Notes under the pieces: generated by a model | The model's input: only the letters and a program-made list of their open reading frames with translations | What the model was told of the DNA's origin: nothing | Database searches by the model: none | Shown: piece after piece, positions 39,701 through 48,426 of the stretch | Position numbering within the stretch: position 1 is the stretch's first letter | Layout of the letters: each line of letters opens with the position of its first letter | Translations under genes and position numbers: made by a program | Source: an uncultured Candidatus Saccharibacteria bacterium | GTDB lineage: Bacteria > Patescibacteriota > Saccharimonadia > Saccharimonadales > Saccharimonadaceae | NCBI GenBank assembly: GCA_963528575.1 | Contig: CAURUS010000001.1 | Span: 108,807 to 172,806 of the forward strand | Direction of reading: 5' to 3' | DNA length: 64,000 nt

Positions 39701-39870
39701 TTGACCTGACCGTCGCTACCTTCAATTTTCGCACGGCCATTCTGCGCATCGCACACGCCGTCCCAGTAACCGCGCCGGTAACCCTCGGATTGACAAGGTA
39801 GTCGATTATTACCTCTCTGCGCCACCTTAATTATCACGATGACAATCACTAACAGAAAAATTAATTCCAT
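36742..39870 (-). CDS. Giant polytopic membrane protein (1042 aa, about 30 predicted TM helices), unknown function
   Basis: Uninterrupted ORF almost entirely of hydrophobic helices after a ~130-aa N-terminal region. DUF2339-like by appearance only. Confidence 0.75.
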   Translation of the reverse strand: MELIFLLVIVIVIIKVAQRGNNRLPCQSEGYRRGYWDGVCDAQNGRAKIEGSDGQVKLITENQAAASQFAGFVVTRNESNEPDVVLPTNAVPIEEDTNTPDEKTQIVKWLSPASNKDKEKNRQTTINVALYTASLLLTAGILLLAQTIELSAQLRFGLVWLFIFVYYATGQVLYARLPILKPASTAFIGTALAAVPIGGWSMHLLLGIDPALCWLVTSFIGTFLCVDATVRLNSQPLAYISLLSMFTMTTSLPAVMHAQLVWYYAAVLLFGCLMTLAAYFSSRFPRQFTEPLTLVNPFIVPSTLLLAIGSSVHMGTLDVSMLLLISVIYYFTVAIVEKSKDMRTYELTTARVLLMAMTASFALYLSNNDRLVMGVALGVVALGNMVWSVRSTYVQKQPDKQHEIVLWVSFVVSLAAFLVIAGVESPLRDMIIFILLSMISAVSFMALSLLRRARFGGMVVMSGILLVPAGVRLFGLEPITTLHTHYSIFMLMAFLPVICRLLVLKRPNITKSQAILVYGAATAWWLMTVFIALAFLTAHPAGEGLLYLSDSVAVAAVIMGIAAWREKVYGLVIGIHTSLLLMALLMALYFKMAGENLAILMAWLNGLSLLLLVEWLYNYRKEAAVKCRELLLYSAIGAAGLIIFSSIHPAVWLPLVALLYYAFYRRREDGYMGGAYLATITLVLLFLHWLSVPLSDNFTITAWVALVGFGIVYWSLAMNKRASIASDMTLLAATVPAVILPMINLSTTYELPFKILGWLAAVAALYMAVYAKRYWWLMAAMAHPSLVLLFYLTAQWLGIKLEFMSIISLIIFAVFYGAAVVARTRKLSVYWYYASFWSAIGWSILLLLMAMPASVTTEAVLLVTLMWAVNGSALIAEGMPKKNIPYFDSGVLLILCGILFAIHMLIAPVHDIVVPYLWSAAILSGAVMSWRWLGYAHVYTIAHLVLALAVFSLSTLVLALAGDNVMKILFLVEHSLMVIIGLALGRRLITIWGAVGVTLALIYLLSGYAYALAILAGLSIITAVVVVVAKGQRNKQKKVAKK

Positions 39871-40054
39871 GCTTAATTCCCCTTATGCTAATTTTAGTAT
39901 AGCATGTGAGGGCTTGTTCGTAGAGAAATTTTCGAAAGAGGCACCGAACTATCGTAGCGATAACGTTTTTGCTCGCCTTTCAGAGCCTCGCCTTAGTCTA
40001 TCGTACGCCACCGACTACCGAAATTCCACCACTCAACTGTGTCGTCCAGCGAAA

Positions 40055-40088
40055 AATATAATACCCCAGAGACTTGGGGTATTATATT
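40055..40088 (-). terminator. Intrinsic terminator after dnaK
   Basis: 13-bp stem aatataatacccc / ggggtattatatt. Confidence 0.6.
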
Positions 40089-40110
40089 AGCCTAAATTAG
40101 ATAGACTCTG

Positions 40111-42003
40111 CTATTTCTCGTCGACCACTTCGCCTTCGACTGGTTCGTCCTTGTCAGACTTTTTGTCATCCTTAGATTCGTCAGTCTTTTTGTCCTCGGC
40201 AGCTTGCTGGTACATTTTGGCGCCGATCGGCATGATGGCATCCTGCAAGGCTTTGGCTGCTGCCTCCAGCTCGTCTTTGTTGTCAGCGTCTTTGTGTTTT
40301 TCTGCTTCTTTGACCGCTTCGTCAATCGCCTTCTTGTCGTCGTCAGAAATCTTATCTTTGAACTCATCCGGCATTTTCTTTGCTTGGTAGATGGCGTTTT
40401 CTAGCTGGTTTTTAGCGTCAACAGTTTCGCGCTTTTTCTTATCCTCGTCAGCGTGCAGTTCGGCTTCTTTCTGGGCTTTTTCGATATCTTCCTTGCTCAT
40501 GTTGCCTGAGTTTTGGATGGTAATTGATTGCTCCTTGCCAGTGCCCTTATCCTTGGCAGTGACATTGAGGATACCATTCGCGTCGATATTGAAGGTCACT
40601 TCAATCTGCGGCACGCCGCGCGGTGCTGGCGCGATGCCGTCAAGCACAAAGCGCCCCAAACTCTTGTTGTCATTGGCAAATTCGCGCTCGCCCTGCAAAA
40701 CGTGGATCTCCACTTGCGGCTGATTGTCGGCAGCGGTTGAGAACACTTCGCTCTTGCTGGTCGGCACAGTAGTGTTGCGCTCGATCAGCTTGGTTGACAC
40801 GCCGCCCATTGTCTCAATACCAAGAGACAAAGGCGTTACGTCCAGCAACAGCACATCCTTGACGTCGCCGGCCAACACGCCGCCCTGAATGGCTGCACCA
40901 ACAGCCACCACTTCGTCTGGGTTAACACCTTGCATTGGGTCTTTGCCAAACAATTTCTTCACCCGCTCAACCACCGCTGGCATACGAGTCATACCGCCAA
41001 CCATCACCACGTTTTGGATGTCTGATTTAGAGAGTTTGGCGTCTTTGAGCGCTTTTTCAACTGGGCCGTCGAGGCGCGCTAGCAGATCTTTTACCAAATC
41101 TTCCAACTTGGCCCGCGTCAAGCTCAATTCAAAGTGCTTTGGCCCGTCAGCATCAGCGGTGATAAACGGAATATTGACTTCATATTCAGTAACCGTTGAC
41201 AGCTCCTTCTTAGCCTTTTCAGCTTCGTCCTTTAGTCGCTGCATGGCAGCGTTGTCTTTACGCAGGTCAATGCCTTCTTTAGACTTAAAGTCATCCAGGA
41301 AGTAGTTGACGATGGCATTGTCAAAGTCCTCACCACCGAGGTGAGTGTCACCATTGGTGGCTTTCACTTCAAACACGCCGTCGCCAAGCTCCAGGATGGA
41401 AACGTCAAAGGTACCACCACCGAGGTCGAAGACCACGATAGTTTCGTCATTTTTGCCTTTTTCCAGGCCGTACGCCAAAGCGGCGGCCGTCGGCTCATTA
41501 ATGATGCGCTTAACTTCCAGGCCAGCAATTTTACCAGCGTCTTTGGTGGCTTGACGCTGCGAATCGTCAAAGTAGGCCGGCACGGTGATGACCGCTTCGG
41601 TGACTTTTTCACCGAGGAAGGCTTCAGCATCAGCTTTGATTTTACTGAGGATCATCGCTGAAACTTCTTCTGGCGTGTATTCCTTGTCGCCCATTTCCAC
41701 GGCCACGCCGGTGCCTTTTTTAACAATTTTGTACGGCATGATGTCCAAATCTTTTTGGACTTCCTTGTCGTTAAACTTACGGCCAATTAAACGCTTCACC
41801 CCGTAAATAGTGTTCTTTGGATTGGTCACGCGCTGGCGCTGCGCCACTTGTCCAACCAAGCGCTCGCCCTTTTTATTAATCGCCACCACTGACGGCGTGG
41901 TACGGTTACCTTCGGCGTTAGCGATAACTTCTGGCTTGCCGGCCAGCATGTACGCAAATGCGCTGTTGGTTGTACCAAGGTCAATTCCGATAATTTTACT
42001 CAT
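40111..42003 (-). CDS. dnaK: Chaperone DnaK (Hsp70)
   Basis: [14 protein letters not shown]...DLGGGTFD...; AAAGGGG RBS. The track ORF starts 27 nt upstream at a GTG. Confidence 0.97.
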   Translation of the reverse strand: MSKIIGIDLGTTNSAFAYMLAGKPEVIANAEGNRTTPSVVAINKKGERLVGQVAQRQRVTNPKNTIYGVKRLIGRKFNDKEVQKDLDIMPYKIVKKGTGVAVEMGDKEYTPEEVSAMILSKIKADAEAFLGEKVTEAVITVPAYFDDSQRQATKDAGKIAGLEVKRIINEPTAAALAYGLEKGKNDETIVVFDLGGGTFDVSILELGDGVFEVKATNGDTHLGGEDFDNAIVNYFLDDFKSKEGIDLRKDNAAMQRLKDEAEKAKKELSTVTEYEVNIPFITADADGPKHFELSLTRAKLEDLVKDLLARLDGPVEKALKDAKLSKSDIQNVVMVGGMTRMPAVVERVKKLFGKDPMQGVNPDEVVAVGAAIQGGVLAGDVKDVLLLDVTPLSLGIETMGGVSTKLIERNTTVPTSKSEVFSTAADNQPQVEIHVLQGEREFANDNKSLGRFVLDGIAPAPRGVPQIEVTFNIDANGILNVTAKDKGTGKEQSITIQNSGNMSKEDIEKAQKEAELHADEDKKKRETVDAKNQLENAIYQAKKMPDEFKDKISDDDKKAIDEAVKEAEKHKDADNKDELEAAAKALQDAIMPIGAKMYQQAAEDKKTDESKDDKKSDKDEPVEGEVVDEK

Positions 42004-42054
42004 ATGATTCCCCTTTCTTGTTTCGATCACATCTGGTTTTTGCTTATATCCATT

Positions 42055-42081
42055 TTAGCACTCTTTATTCACGAGTGCCAA
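42055..42081. promoter_or_regulatory. CIRCE operator (HrcA site), proximal copy
   Basis: TTAGCACTC-N9-GAGTGCCAA (one mismatch to TTAGCACTC-N9-GAGTGCTAA). Confidence 0.85.
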
Positions 42082-42088
42082 CTATTTC

Positions 42089-42117
42089 AGTATAAATAAT
42101 TAGCACTCCCATGTCAA
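42089..42117 (-). promoter_or_regulatory. dnaK promoter TTGACA-17-TATACT
   Basis: On the minus strand, TTGACA (42117-42112) lies inside the spacer of the distal CIRCE. TATACT at 42094-42089. Confidence 0.65.
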
Positions 42118-42126
42118 GAGTGCTAA
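42100..42126. promoter_or_regulatory. CIRCE operator, distal perfect copy
   Basis: TTAGCACTC-ccatgtcaa-GAGTGCTAA. Confidence 0.9.
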
Positions 42127-42145
42127 TTTGTTTTTACATCACCGC

Positions 42146-42934
42146 TTATTTTACAGTATTCGACCGATCCGACAATGCTGTCGCCGTATTTCTGGCTAGT
42201 ATAATATATCGTAAGATCGAACTTACATAAGCTGCTAAACCAATCAAAATCAATCCGTAAGCAACTGTATAAGTACCGCCTGCATTACTAGCCAGCATAA
42301 ACGTCACATACGTGACAACAGCACCGGCCAGCGGAATCAGCGACGAAAGAGCAACTGCTTTACGCGCTACTAGAAGGCCAGAACTCAACTGCTTACTCCT
42401 ACCAATAGCAAACCAAACAAACGATCCGACCGTCATGGCTGCTGCAGCAATTGTCACCAGCAAGAAAAAATATTCCGCATAAGAATTAGCTTCGCTAGCA
42501 GCCTTATTCACCTCTTCAATTGCTGCAGAATATTTTTTGACAGAGTTACGGGTTTTCTCCAAATATTGGTTTACAGCGTTATAGTCTCTTTCGCGCAAAA
42601 CGACAGCAATCTTGTCAAGTAACACCTTAATTTCTCCAGCATACTTTTTAACTTCCGCTGACTTTTTGATGTATTTGACACCTAGTTTAGAGGAGAAATT
42701 ATGGCTAGCAACATTATTGAATGCCGAAGATGCAGCGACGGTCTGAGCAATAACCGTACCATCAGCCACAGACTTCTCGTCATTTATTGCTTTTATAAAA
42801 TCTACATAAGCCTTGTTCGAAGTGGCGATTATATCAATGTCCGATTGGTTTGCATAACTAGCGGCGCTAGCAAATGAGCCTCCAGCCGATGTTACAACAA
42901 ACATAGCTAAAATTATCTTGAAAATTTTACGCAT
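42146..42934 (-). CDS. Secreted/membrane protein with signal peptide and C-terminal TM helices, unknown
   Basis: MRKIFKIILAMFVVTSAGGSFASA signal. Last gene of the lemA-TPM operon. Confidence 0.55.
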   Translation of the reverse strand: MRKIFKIILAMFVVTSAGGSFASAASYANQSDIDIIATSNKAYVDFIKAINDEKSVADGTVIAQTVAASSAFNNVASHNFSSKLGVKYIKKSAEVKKYAGEIKVLLDKIAVVLRERDYNAVNQYLEKTRNSVKKYSAAIEEVNKAASEANSYAEYFFLLVTIAAAAMTVGSFVWFAIGRSKQLSSGLLVARKAVALSSLIPLAGAVVTYVTFMLASNAGGTYTVAYGLILIGLAAYVSSILRYIILARNTATALSDRSNTVK

Positions 42935-42963
42935 GATTAGAATTATATACGCAAGTTCTAGTT

Positions 42964-43728
42964 TTACCAACCGCCGCTGGCGCCGCCGCCCGAGAATCCG
43001 CCGCCGCCAAAGCTGCCGCCAGACGAGCTGCCTGAACTGTTAGAACTACCGCCCGAACCGATACCGCCAATCCACCACCAGCGATTTGATCGGCGTTTGC
43101 CAGATTGGGCGCCCCTCCTTGTAGCTATTATTACAACAATAAATATGAGGATTATAATCAGTACTAAGGAGACTATCGATTCCATGTCCTCGCTATCGGC
43201 TGATTGGTCTTTACCTTCCGCGGCGTCGATGATTCGTTTCACGCCAGCCTCAACGCCGCCAGCATAATCGCCGCTGCGAAACTTTGGTGCGATTGTGTTA
43301 CGTATAATTTGGCTAGCTCGCGCATCGGTTAACGAACCTTCCATACCATTGCCGACCTCGATTCGCATTTTACGATCGTTCTTGGCGATAAGTAACAATA
43401 CGCCATTGCTGTTTTTCTTGTCGCCGACACCCCATTGGCGAGCTACTTTGAGACTATATTCCTCTAGACTATCATCACTGCCAAGCGTCGGAATCATCAA
43501 CACGCCAATTTGGAATGATTTTTTCTGGCGCTCAGCATTAATCAGCTGCGCAATGCGGTCAATATCTTCATTTGCCAAACTTTCCGTCTGGTCAATTATA
43601 GGACGTTCAAGCGGCGGCGCAGCTGGCACTTCTAGTTTAGCGAAAGCCGTATTACTAAACAGGCAGCCAAATAACACTGCCAATGACAACAATCCAACTA
43701 AACTAATTACAGAGCTTCGCCAACGCAT
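42964..43728 (-). CDS. TPM-domain (TLP18.3/Psb32/MOLO-1) protein with TM and Gly-rich tail
   Basis: ...IIDQTESL...IGVLMIPTLG...VARQWGVGDKK..NGVLLLIAKNDRKMRIEVG.G.E..LTD... Confidence 0.8.
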   Translation of the reverse strand: MRWRSSVISLVGLLSLAVLFGCLFSNTAFAKLEVPAAPPLERPIIDQTESLANEDIDRIAQLINAERQKKSFQIGVLMIPTLGSDDSLEEYSLKVARQWGVGDKKNSNGVLLLIAKNDRKMRIEVGNGMEGSLTDARASQIIRNTIAPKFRSGDYAGGVEAGVKRIIDAAEGKDQSADSEDMESIVSLVLIIILIFIVVIIATRRGAQSGKRRSNRWWWIGGIGSGGSSNSSGSSSGGSFGGGGFSGGGASGGW

Positions 43729-43730
43729 AT

Positions 43731-44342
43731 CTAGTTTTCTTGTTTGGTTGAATTTGCAGCGCTGAAATCAACCGACGGAGCTTTATTAGCACCAGCATCC
43801 GACTCAAAATACGGTCGCTCCTTGAAACCGAACATGCCCGCTAACAAATTTGTCGGGAAAGATTTAATTTTCGTGTTATATGATTTAGCAGCGTCATTAA
43901 AGTCATTGCGCGCCACCGTTATACGATTTTCTGTACCTTCTAACTGCGATTGCAAATCTTTAAAGTTTTCCGTTGCTTTGAGCTGCGGATAATTTTCAGC
44001 GACCGCCAACAGCCGGCTAAGCGACGAGCTAACCTCACTTTGAGCCTGCTGGAATTTGGCTATATCATCTGGATTATTAGCATCGACTTTAATTTGCGTA
44101 GCTTTAGCGCGCGCCTCGACTACCTTCGTTAATGTCTCTTGCTCGAAATTAGCCGCACCCTTTACGGTGTTCACGAGATTAGGAATTAAATCGCTGCGCC
44201 GTTGATATTGCGACTCAACCTTGCTCCATGCTGTATTAACCGACTCGCGGCTAGCCACCATGCTATTATAAGATCCAGCGACTATCATTATTAGCAGCAA
44301 CACCACGCCGCCGATGACTGCTGGGATTTTCCAATTTTTCAT
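43731..44342 (-). CDS. lemA: LemA family protein
   Basis: N-terminal TM then NSMVASRESVNTAWSKVESQYQRRSDLIPNLV..., typical LemA. Confidence 0.85.
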   Translation of the reverse strand: MKNWKIPAVIGGVVLLLIMIVAGSYNSMVASRESVNTAWSKVESQYQRRSDLIPNLVNTVKGAANFEQETLTKVVEARAKATQIKVDANNPDDIAKFQQAQSEVSSSLSRLLAVAENYPQLKATENFKDLQSQLEGTENRITVARNDFNDAAKSYNTKIKSFPTNLLAGMFGFKERPYFESDAGANKAPSVDFSAANSTKQEN

Positions 44343-44441
44343 TCCAACCTCCTACTTGCTGATAGCCCTTATTTTATAGACAATTAGCCAAAAGTGCAAC
44401 AAAAGCGACTGTCGCCGTGAATTCCGCGTCAAAAAGGCAGT

Positions 44442-45857
44442 TTACTGCGGCAGCTGCCAAATCCGGACCCAGTCAACTTCCATCGGCCAGGTTTTGCCCG
44501 TGCCCAATATGACATCCATCGCTGTCTCTGAATCAAATATCGCGAGCGGGTTACTAATTGGCGATGGACCACCGGCTTGCGTCACCGGGTCTTGCCGAGG
44601 GTCGTTCGGCGCTAGCTGATCGCGGGTAGCACCCCAATAGTAGCGTATAGTTAATTTACCATCAATATACCACTCAATTTTTTCGGTAGTCCATAAACAT
44701 CCGTATGTATGCCATTGCGACACATCTAGCCCTGCCTGCGAAGTATAATGTCCTCGGTTGCGTATAATTTTAGTTTGATCCATTGAATCATAATACGCCC
44801 ATGCCGACCCTAACATCTCGCCCGGCCGCATGATTTCAACCATATCAAGTTCAGCAGACGGTATGGCGTTATTGCGATGCCTGGAATGCGATTGCGCCCA
44901 AAATGCCGGCCATGAAGAATTTTCCGGCGGCACATTGCGCACGCCATTAGCGTCAACGCGCATCCGCACTTCGTAATAGCCATGTTCAAACGACTGTCCT
45001 GCATACGTATTCGGGTCGCGCGTCATGAAATTACGGTTGTAAGTACTGTGCGTCGGAGCAATCCGCAGCACCGAATTATTCACGGAATACTCGTTGGGCT
45101 GGGTATCGGGCTTGCCCCATTTGTGTACGCCCGCCGGGTACCACTTGAAGCCTGGCGCGCCAGTATTGCCGGTGTCGATGGTGCTGATTGAGTCAAAATC
45201 ATCTTCAAAAGCCAAGCGATTATATTTGCCAGCTGCTGCCGGGACGGTTGGTGACGGAGTCGGTGTAGGTGTAGGTGTAGGTGTAGGTGTAGGCGTAGGA
45301 GTTGGTGTCGGATTTGGAGTTGTGTTATTATTTGCCGAAGCCGCAGAAACCGGTCTCTTGGCATAACCCAGATACTCATAGCCGTCGATCTTTGGTGGCA
45401 AATACTCAACACTTTCGCCGTCTTGCACGGTCACCGTGTCGGTTGCGCCGATACTATCAATGATAGCCGAAGCCGCTTGATTGTTAAGCGCCAACCCGCC
45501 AACGCTAACCGCTAGTAACAGCAGAGCTCGGCCCTTTTTGCTGCGCAGCAAGAAATAGCCGCCCAGCGCCGCCAGCAAGCCACCAACAGCAAAATACGCT
45601 ACCAAAATCCTCGCATCGCTGCCTGTCTCAGCCAAGCGTCCGCCGCCTTGGTACGCCAGCAAAAATTCCGAATTGGCGTCGTTAGTAGTCAACGTTATTT
45701 TTCCTGAGGCGATGGAATTCTGTTCGGTTTTCGATAGCGAACTTTTGACCACACTGCGAAGCCGAATAGTTTTTGAACCGGCATGCGCAGCCGGCGGCGC
45801 GACAAAATTCACCGCAACAACAGCGGCGATGAATAATCCTACTATTTTCTTTTTCAT
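44442..45857 (-). CDS. GH16 beta-glucanase-like surface protein with an internal LAETG sorting signal and (TP)n linker
   Basis: GH16 catalytic motif AELDMVE (ExDxxE), WPAFW, WHTYGCLW..IEWYIDG. N-terminal signal peptide. LAETG+TM+RSKKGR lies ~75-110 residues from the ATG 45857 start. ATG 45857 follows a GAGGGA RBS. Confidence 0.85.
   Translation of the reverse strand: MKKKIVGLFIAAVVAVNFVAPPAAHAGSKTIRLRSVVKSSLSKTEQNSIASGKITLTTNDANSEFLLAYQGGGRLAETGSDARILVAYFAVGGLLAALGGYFLLRSKKGRALLLLAVSVGGLALNNQAASAIIDSIGATDTVTVQDGESVEYLPPKIDGYEYLGYAKRPVSAASANNNTTPNPTPTPTPTPTPTPTPTPTPSPTVPAAAGKYNRLAFEDDFDSISTIDTGNTGAPGFKWYPAGVHKWGKPDTQPNEYSVNNSVLRIAPTHSTYNRNFMTRDPNTYAGQSFEHGYYEVRMRVDANGVRNVPPENSSWPAFWAQSHSRHRNNAIPSAELDMVEIMRPGEMLGSAWAYYDSMDQTKIIRNRGHYTSQAGLDVSQWHTYGCLWTTEKIEWYIDGKLTIRYYWGATRDQLAPNDPRQDPVTQAGGPSPISNPLAIFDSETAMDVILGTGKTWPMEVDWVRIWQLPQ
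45250..45312 (-). repeat. Hexanucleotide (ggtgta)n tract encoding a (Thr-Pro)n linker
   Basis: Five perfect ggtgta units from 45262 plus degenerate flanks. Translates to TPNPTPTPTPTPTPTPTPTPTPSPT. Confidence 0.9.
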
Positions 45858-45957
45858 TGAATCCCTCAACTCTTTTTGTTTTAACGCCTGATGACGCTTA
45901 TGATTATATAGCTAATGACGATACAATGCAAGCGAAATAAGTACGGGAATGCTGGAT

Positions 45958-46428
45958 TTATTGGCGCGTAACTTTGACCATCGCGTCGCGAATCACTACA
46001 CCGTCTAGCGTGTAGCCAGCACGCAGTTCCTCGGCAATCACTTCTTTGTCGCCTTCTGTTTCTTCGTCAAATTGAATAGCTTGGTGCAGTTCAGGGTTAA
46101 ACGGCGTACCGGGTTTGGCGTCAATTTTCTCGAGGCCGATTTCTTTGAGTTGCTTGTCGAGCTGTTTATTCAGGCCAGCCACGCCTTTCGCCCACGGATT
46201 ATCTTTCAGCTCCTCCGGCACATTGGCAATCGCCCGCTCAATCGTATCGATCACTGGCAGCAGTTTCATCACCGACTTCGCCTGGCCCATTTGGTGTGCC
46301 GATTGCTTTTCCGCCTCGACACGCTTGCGATAGTTCTCGAAATCCGCCCGCGTCCGCTGCAAGTCCAGCGTCAACTCGCCCAATTGCTGCTCTAAGTCTT
46401 CAGTTTTGTTAGTCTTATTCTTTGTCAT
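45958..46428 (-). CDS. grpE: Nucleotide exchange factor GrpE
   Basis: 156 aa, ...RTRADFENYRKR...LLPVIDTIERA... Confidence 0.9.
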   Translation of the reverse strand: MTKNKTNKTEDLEQQLGELTLDLQRTRADFENYRKRVEAEKQSAHQMGQAKSVMKLLPVIDTIERAIANVPEELKDNPWAKGVAGLNKQLDKQLKEIGLEKIDAKPGTPFNPELHQAIQFDEETEGDKEVIAEELRAGYTLDGVVIRDAMVKVTRQ

Positions 46429-46437
46429 TTTTTCCTC

Positions 46438-47148
46438 CTACAACATTCCCTCTAGCATAGCACCGGTTCGGCGCACCAGCTCCATCGTTCGGCGATAATT
46501 TTGCCGCGTCGGGCCAATCACGCCAATATAGCTATCATCGCTAAACGGCGAACGGAATTTACTGATAATCAGCGTAGCGCCGCTTGCTTTACCAATCGGG
46601 TTTTCGCTGCCGATAAATACATTCAGCGGCTGGTTGGGCGCGGCTTCGGCCAGCCATGGCTCGATATTATCAATTAGCCTAGCAATCGCCTGCACATGAT
46701 CGCCGCCAGCGAACTCCGGCTGAGAAAAAAGCTGCGTCATACCATTCATGTATAGCTGCGCGCCAAACGATGCGAAACCAAAGTTGCCCGTCAGTTCTAC
46801 CAAGCTATCGACGGCGCTGCGAATCGCCCGATCCGACTTATCAACATGCGAATTAACGTGCGCCTCGATCGCTCTCGCACTGCGATCGATACCACTGGGC
46901 AGTTCAGTCATCTGCGCGTCAGTAATGCCGTTAACGTAGAATCGGTAACCCTTATCAGTCGGGATGCGGCCGGCGCTAGTATGCGGCGCTTCGATAAAGC
47001 CCATCTCTTCCAGCTTAGCCATTTCGCTGCGAATCGTCGCGCTACTCACGCCAAACAATTTCGCCAGCGTCACACTGCCTACTGGCGCAGCAATTTCAGC
47101 ATACTGCTCAATGATAGCGGCGAGAATAGCCTGTTGACGTTCGGTCAT
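46438..47148 (-). CDS. hrcA: Heat-inducible repressor HrcA (short, 236 aa)
   Basis: [72 protein letters not shown]. Confidence 0.88.
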   Translation of the reverse strand: MTERQQAILAAIIEQYAEIAAPVGSVTLAKLFGVSSATIRSEMAKLEEMGFIEAPHTSAGRIPTDKGYRFYVNGITDAQMTELPSGIDRSARAIEAHVNSHVDKSDRAIRSAVDSLVELTGNFGFASFGAQLYMNGMTQLFSQPEFAGGDHVQAIARLIDNIEPWLAEAAPNQPLNVFIGSENPIGKASGATLIISKFRSPFSDDSYIGVIGPTRQNYRRTMELVRRTGAMLEGML

Positions 47149-47154
47149 GAGCTA

Positions 47155-47195
47155 ATTATAGCGCACTTTTAGCACTCATGCAAGGCGAGTGCTAA
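47155..47195 (-). promoter_or_regulatory. hrcA-grpE promoter TTGCAT-17-TATAAT overlapped by a perfect CIRCE (47169-47195); ATG 6 nt after the -10
   Basis: TTAGCACTC-atgcaaggc-GAGTGCTAA. On the minus strand, TTGCAT (47183-47178) lies in the CIRCE spacer. TATAAT at 47160-47155. Confidence 0.85.
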
Positions 47196-47905
47196 CTACT
47201 CGCTTTCAATTGCTCTAGCAAATCTCGCGCCGCCAGTCTAGCTTCATCGTCTTTACGGTTATAGACGTCTGGCTTTAGAGCGATTGCCCGCACAATCCGC
47301 GCCGTCTCATCAATATCATCATTAATGACGAAATGATAATACGGCACTTCAAGCGCATGGGTAATTTCGCGAATCGCACTATTGTAACGCTTCGGCCATT
47401 CGCGATCAAATTCTTCCTGCGAAGCATAACGCACGCTAAGACGGCGGCGCCATTCTTGATAATTTGGCGGTAACAAGAATATCGCCACCACACCAGGCGA
47501 AAGCTTCTTATATTCATCGACACCTTGCACATCAATATCAGTAACCGCAATTTTACCAGCATCGCGAATATCTTCAATCTGTTTGACACCGGTTCCGTAA
47601 ACCGTACCGTGCACAAATTTCGCCTCGACAAAAGCATGACTTTCCAACAATCTAGCGGCAGTCGCTTCATCAATATAGTTATAATCAATACCTTCACGCT
47701 CCCATATACCTTTATTTTGACGCGGCTGGCGAGTCGTATACGACACAATATCAGCAAACTCCGACGACTGCATTAATCGCTGCTTGGTCGTATCCTTGCC
47801 TGCGCCCGATATACCGACGAGCAACACAATTTTAGTTTGAATAACAAGCTGGCGAACCGACTCGCTAGGTTGATATTCTTTGATAAGCTTTTCGATCTTT
47901 GACAT
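47192..47905 (-). CDS. Guanylate kinase-family protein
   Basis: P-loop GISGAGKDT, ...SYTTRQPR...GIDYNYI...HGTVYGT...DIDVQG. The stop codon lies inside the CIRCE. Confidence 0.7.
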   Translation of the reverse strand: MSKIEKLIKEYQPSESVRQLVIQTKIVLLVGISGAGKDTTKQRLMQSSEFADIVSYTTRQPRQNKGIWEREGIDYNYIDEATAARLLESHAFVEAKFVHGTVYGTGVKQIEDIRDAGKIAVTDIDVQGVDEYKKLSPGVVAIFLLPPNYQEWRRRLSVRYASQEEFDREWPKRYNSAIREITHALEVPYYHFVINDDIDETARIVRAIALKPDVYNRKDDEARLAARDLLEQLKASS

Positions 47906-47914
47906 AATATCTGC

Positions 47915-48382
47915 TTATAATAACTCATCCAGCACCGATTGCCAATCAGGAAATTCGGGAGTGCCAAAATGAATATGCCGGCCGACAAACTCAGCAGCGC
48001 CTTTAGTTGTCCGGTCATCAATCAAAATATCACCGCGACTCAGCTGCTTGACCGACGAAAATACGACTTTGCGAAAGAAAATATTTTCTTGGCCATCGCC
48101 GCCAAAGTGCTTCTTTACCCACGCCAGCTTATCATCCAGCGCTGTCGGATTTTCCCATGGCGACGACGACAAGATGTATAGATCGTACTTTTCTTTCAAT
48201 GCATCTACCGCCTCAAGGGCGCCTGGCATCGGATCCATTAGCGCGAAAATGCCCGGAATATTGTCGTACTCACCCGCAAACTTCTCAAGCATCTCGGGCG
48301 GAATCTTCGTCAAAGCTGATTCAAAATCAACCAGCACGCCATCCATATCGATGTAGATGATTGGTTTGCTATTTAATTTCAT
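47915..48382 (-). CDS. HAD-superfamily 5'(3')-deoxyribonucleotidase (NT5C-like)
   Basis: IIYIDMDGVLVDF (DxDGV nucleophile motif), 155 aa. Confidence 0.75.
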   Translation of the reverse strand: MKLNSKPIIYIDMDGVLVDFESALTKIPPEMLEKFAGEYDNIPGIFALMDPMPGALEAVDALKEKYDLYILSSSPWENPTALDDKLAWVKKHFGGDGQENIFFRKVVFSSVKQLSRGDILIDDRTTKGAAEFVGRHIHFGTPEFPDWQSVLDELL

Positions 48383-48426
48383 AAATTACTTCACCAATTA
48401 TAGCACTTTTGTAGTACAATAAAGAC

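Noticed and set aside
40151-41806. Numerous 60-140-aa ORFs on the plus strand inside dnaK, and similar ones inside ftsH, clp, rny, pyk and lepA
   Set aside because: They are antisense or alternative-frame ORFs within strongly conserved genes. They have low-complexity S/A/L-rich translations and no start-site signals.
47275-47757. 160-aa same-strand ORF in another frame within the guanylate-kinase-like gene
   Set aside because: It lies entirely inside a gene whose main frame has clear P-loop and GK motifs. The alternative frame has no recognisable features.
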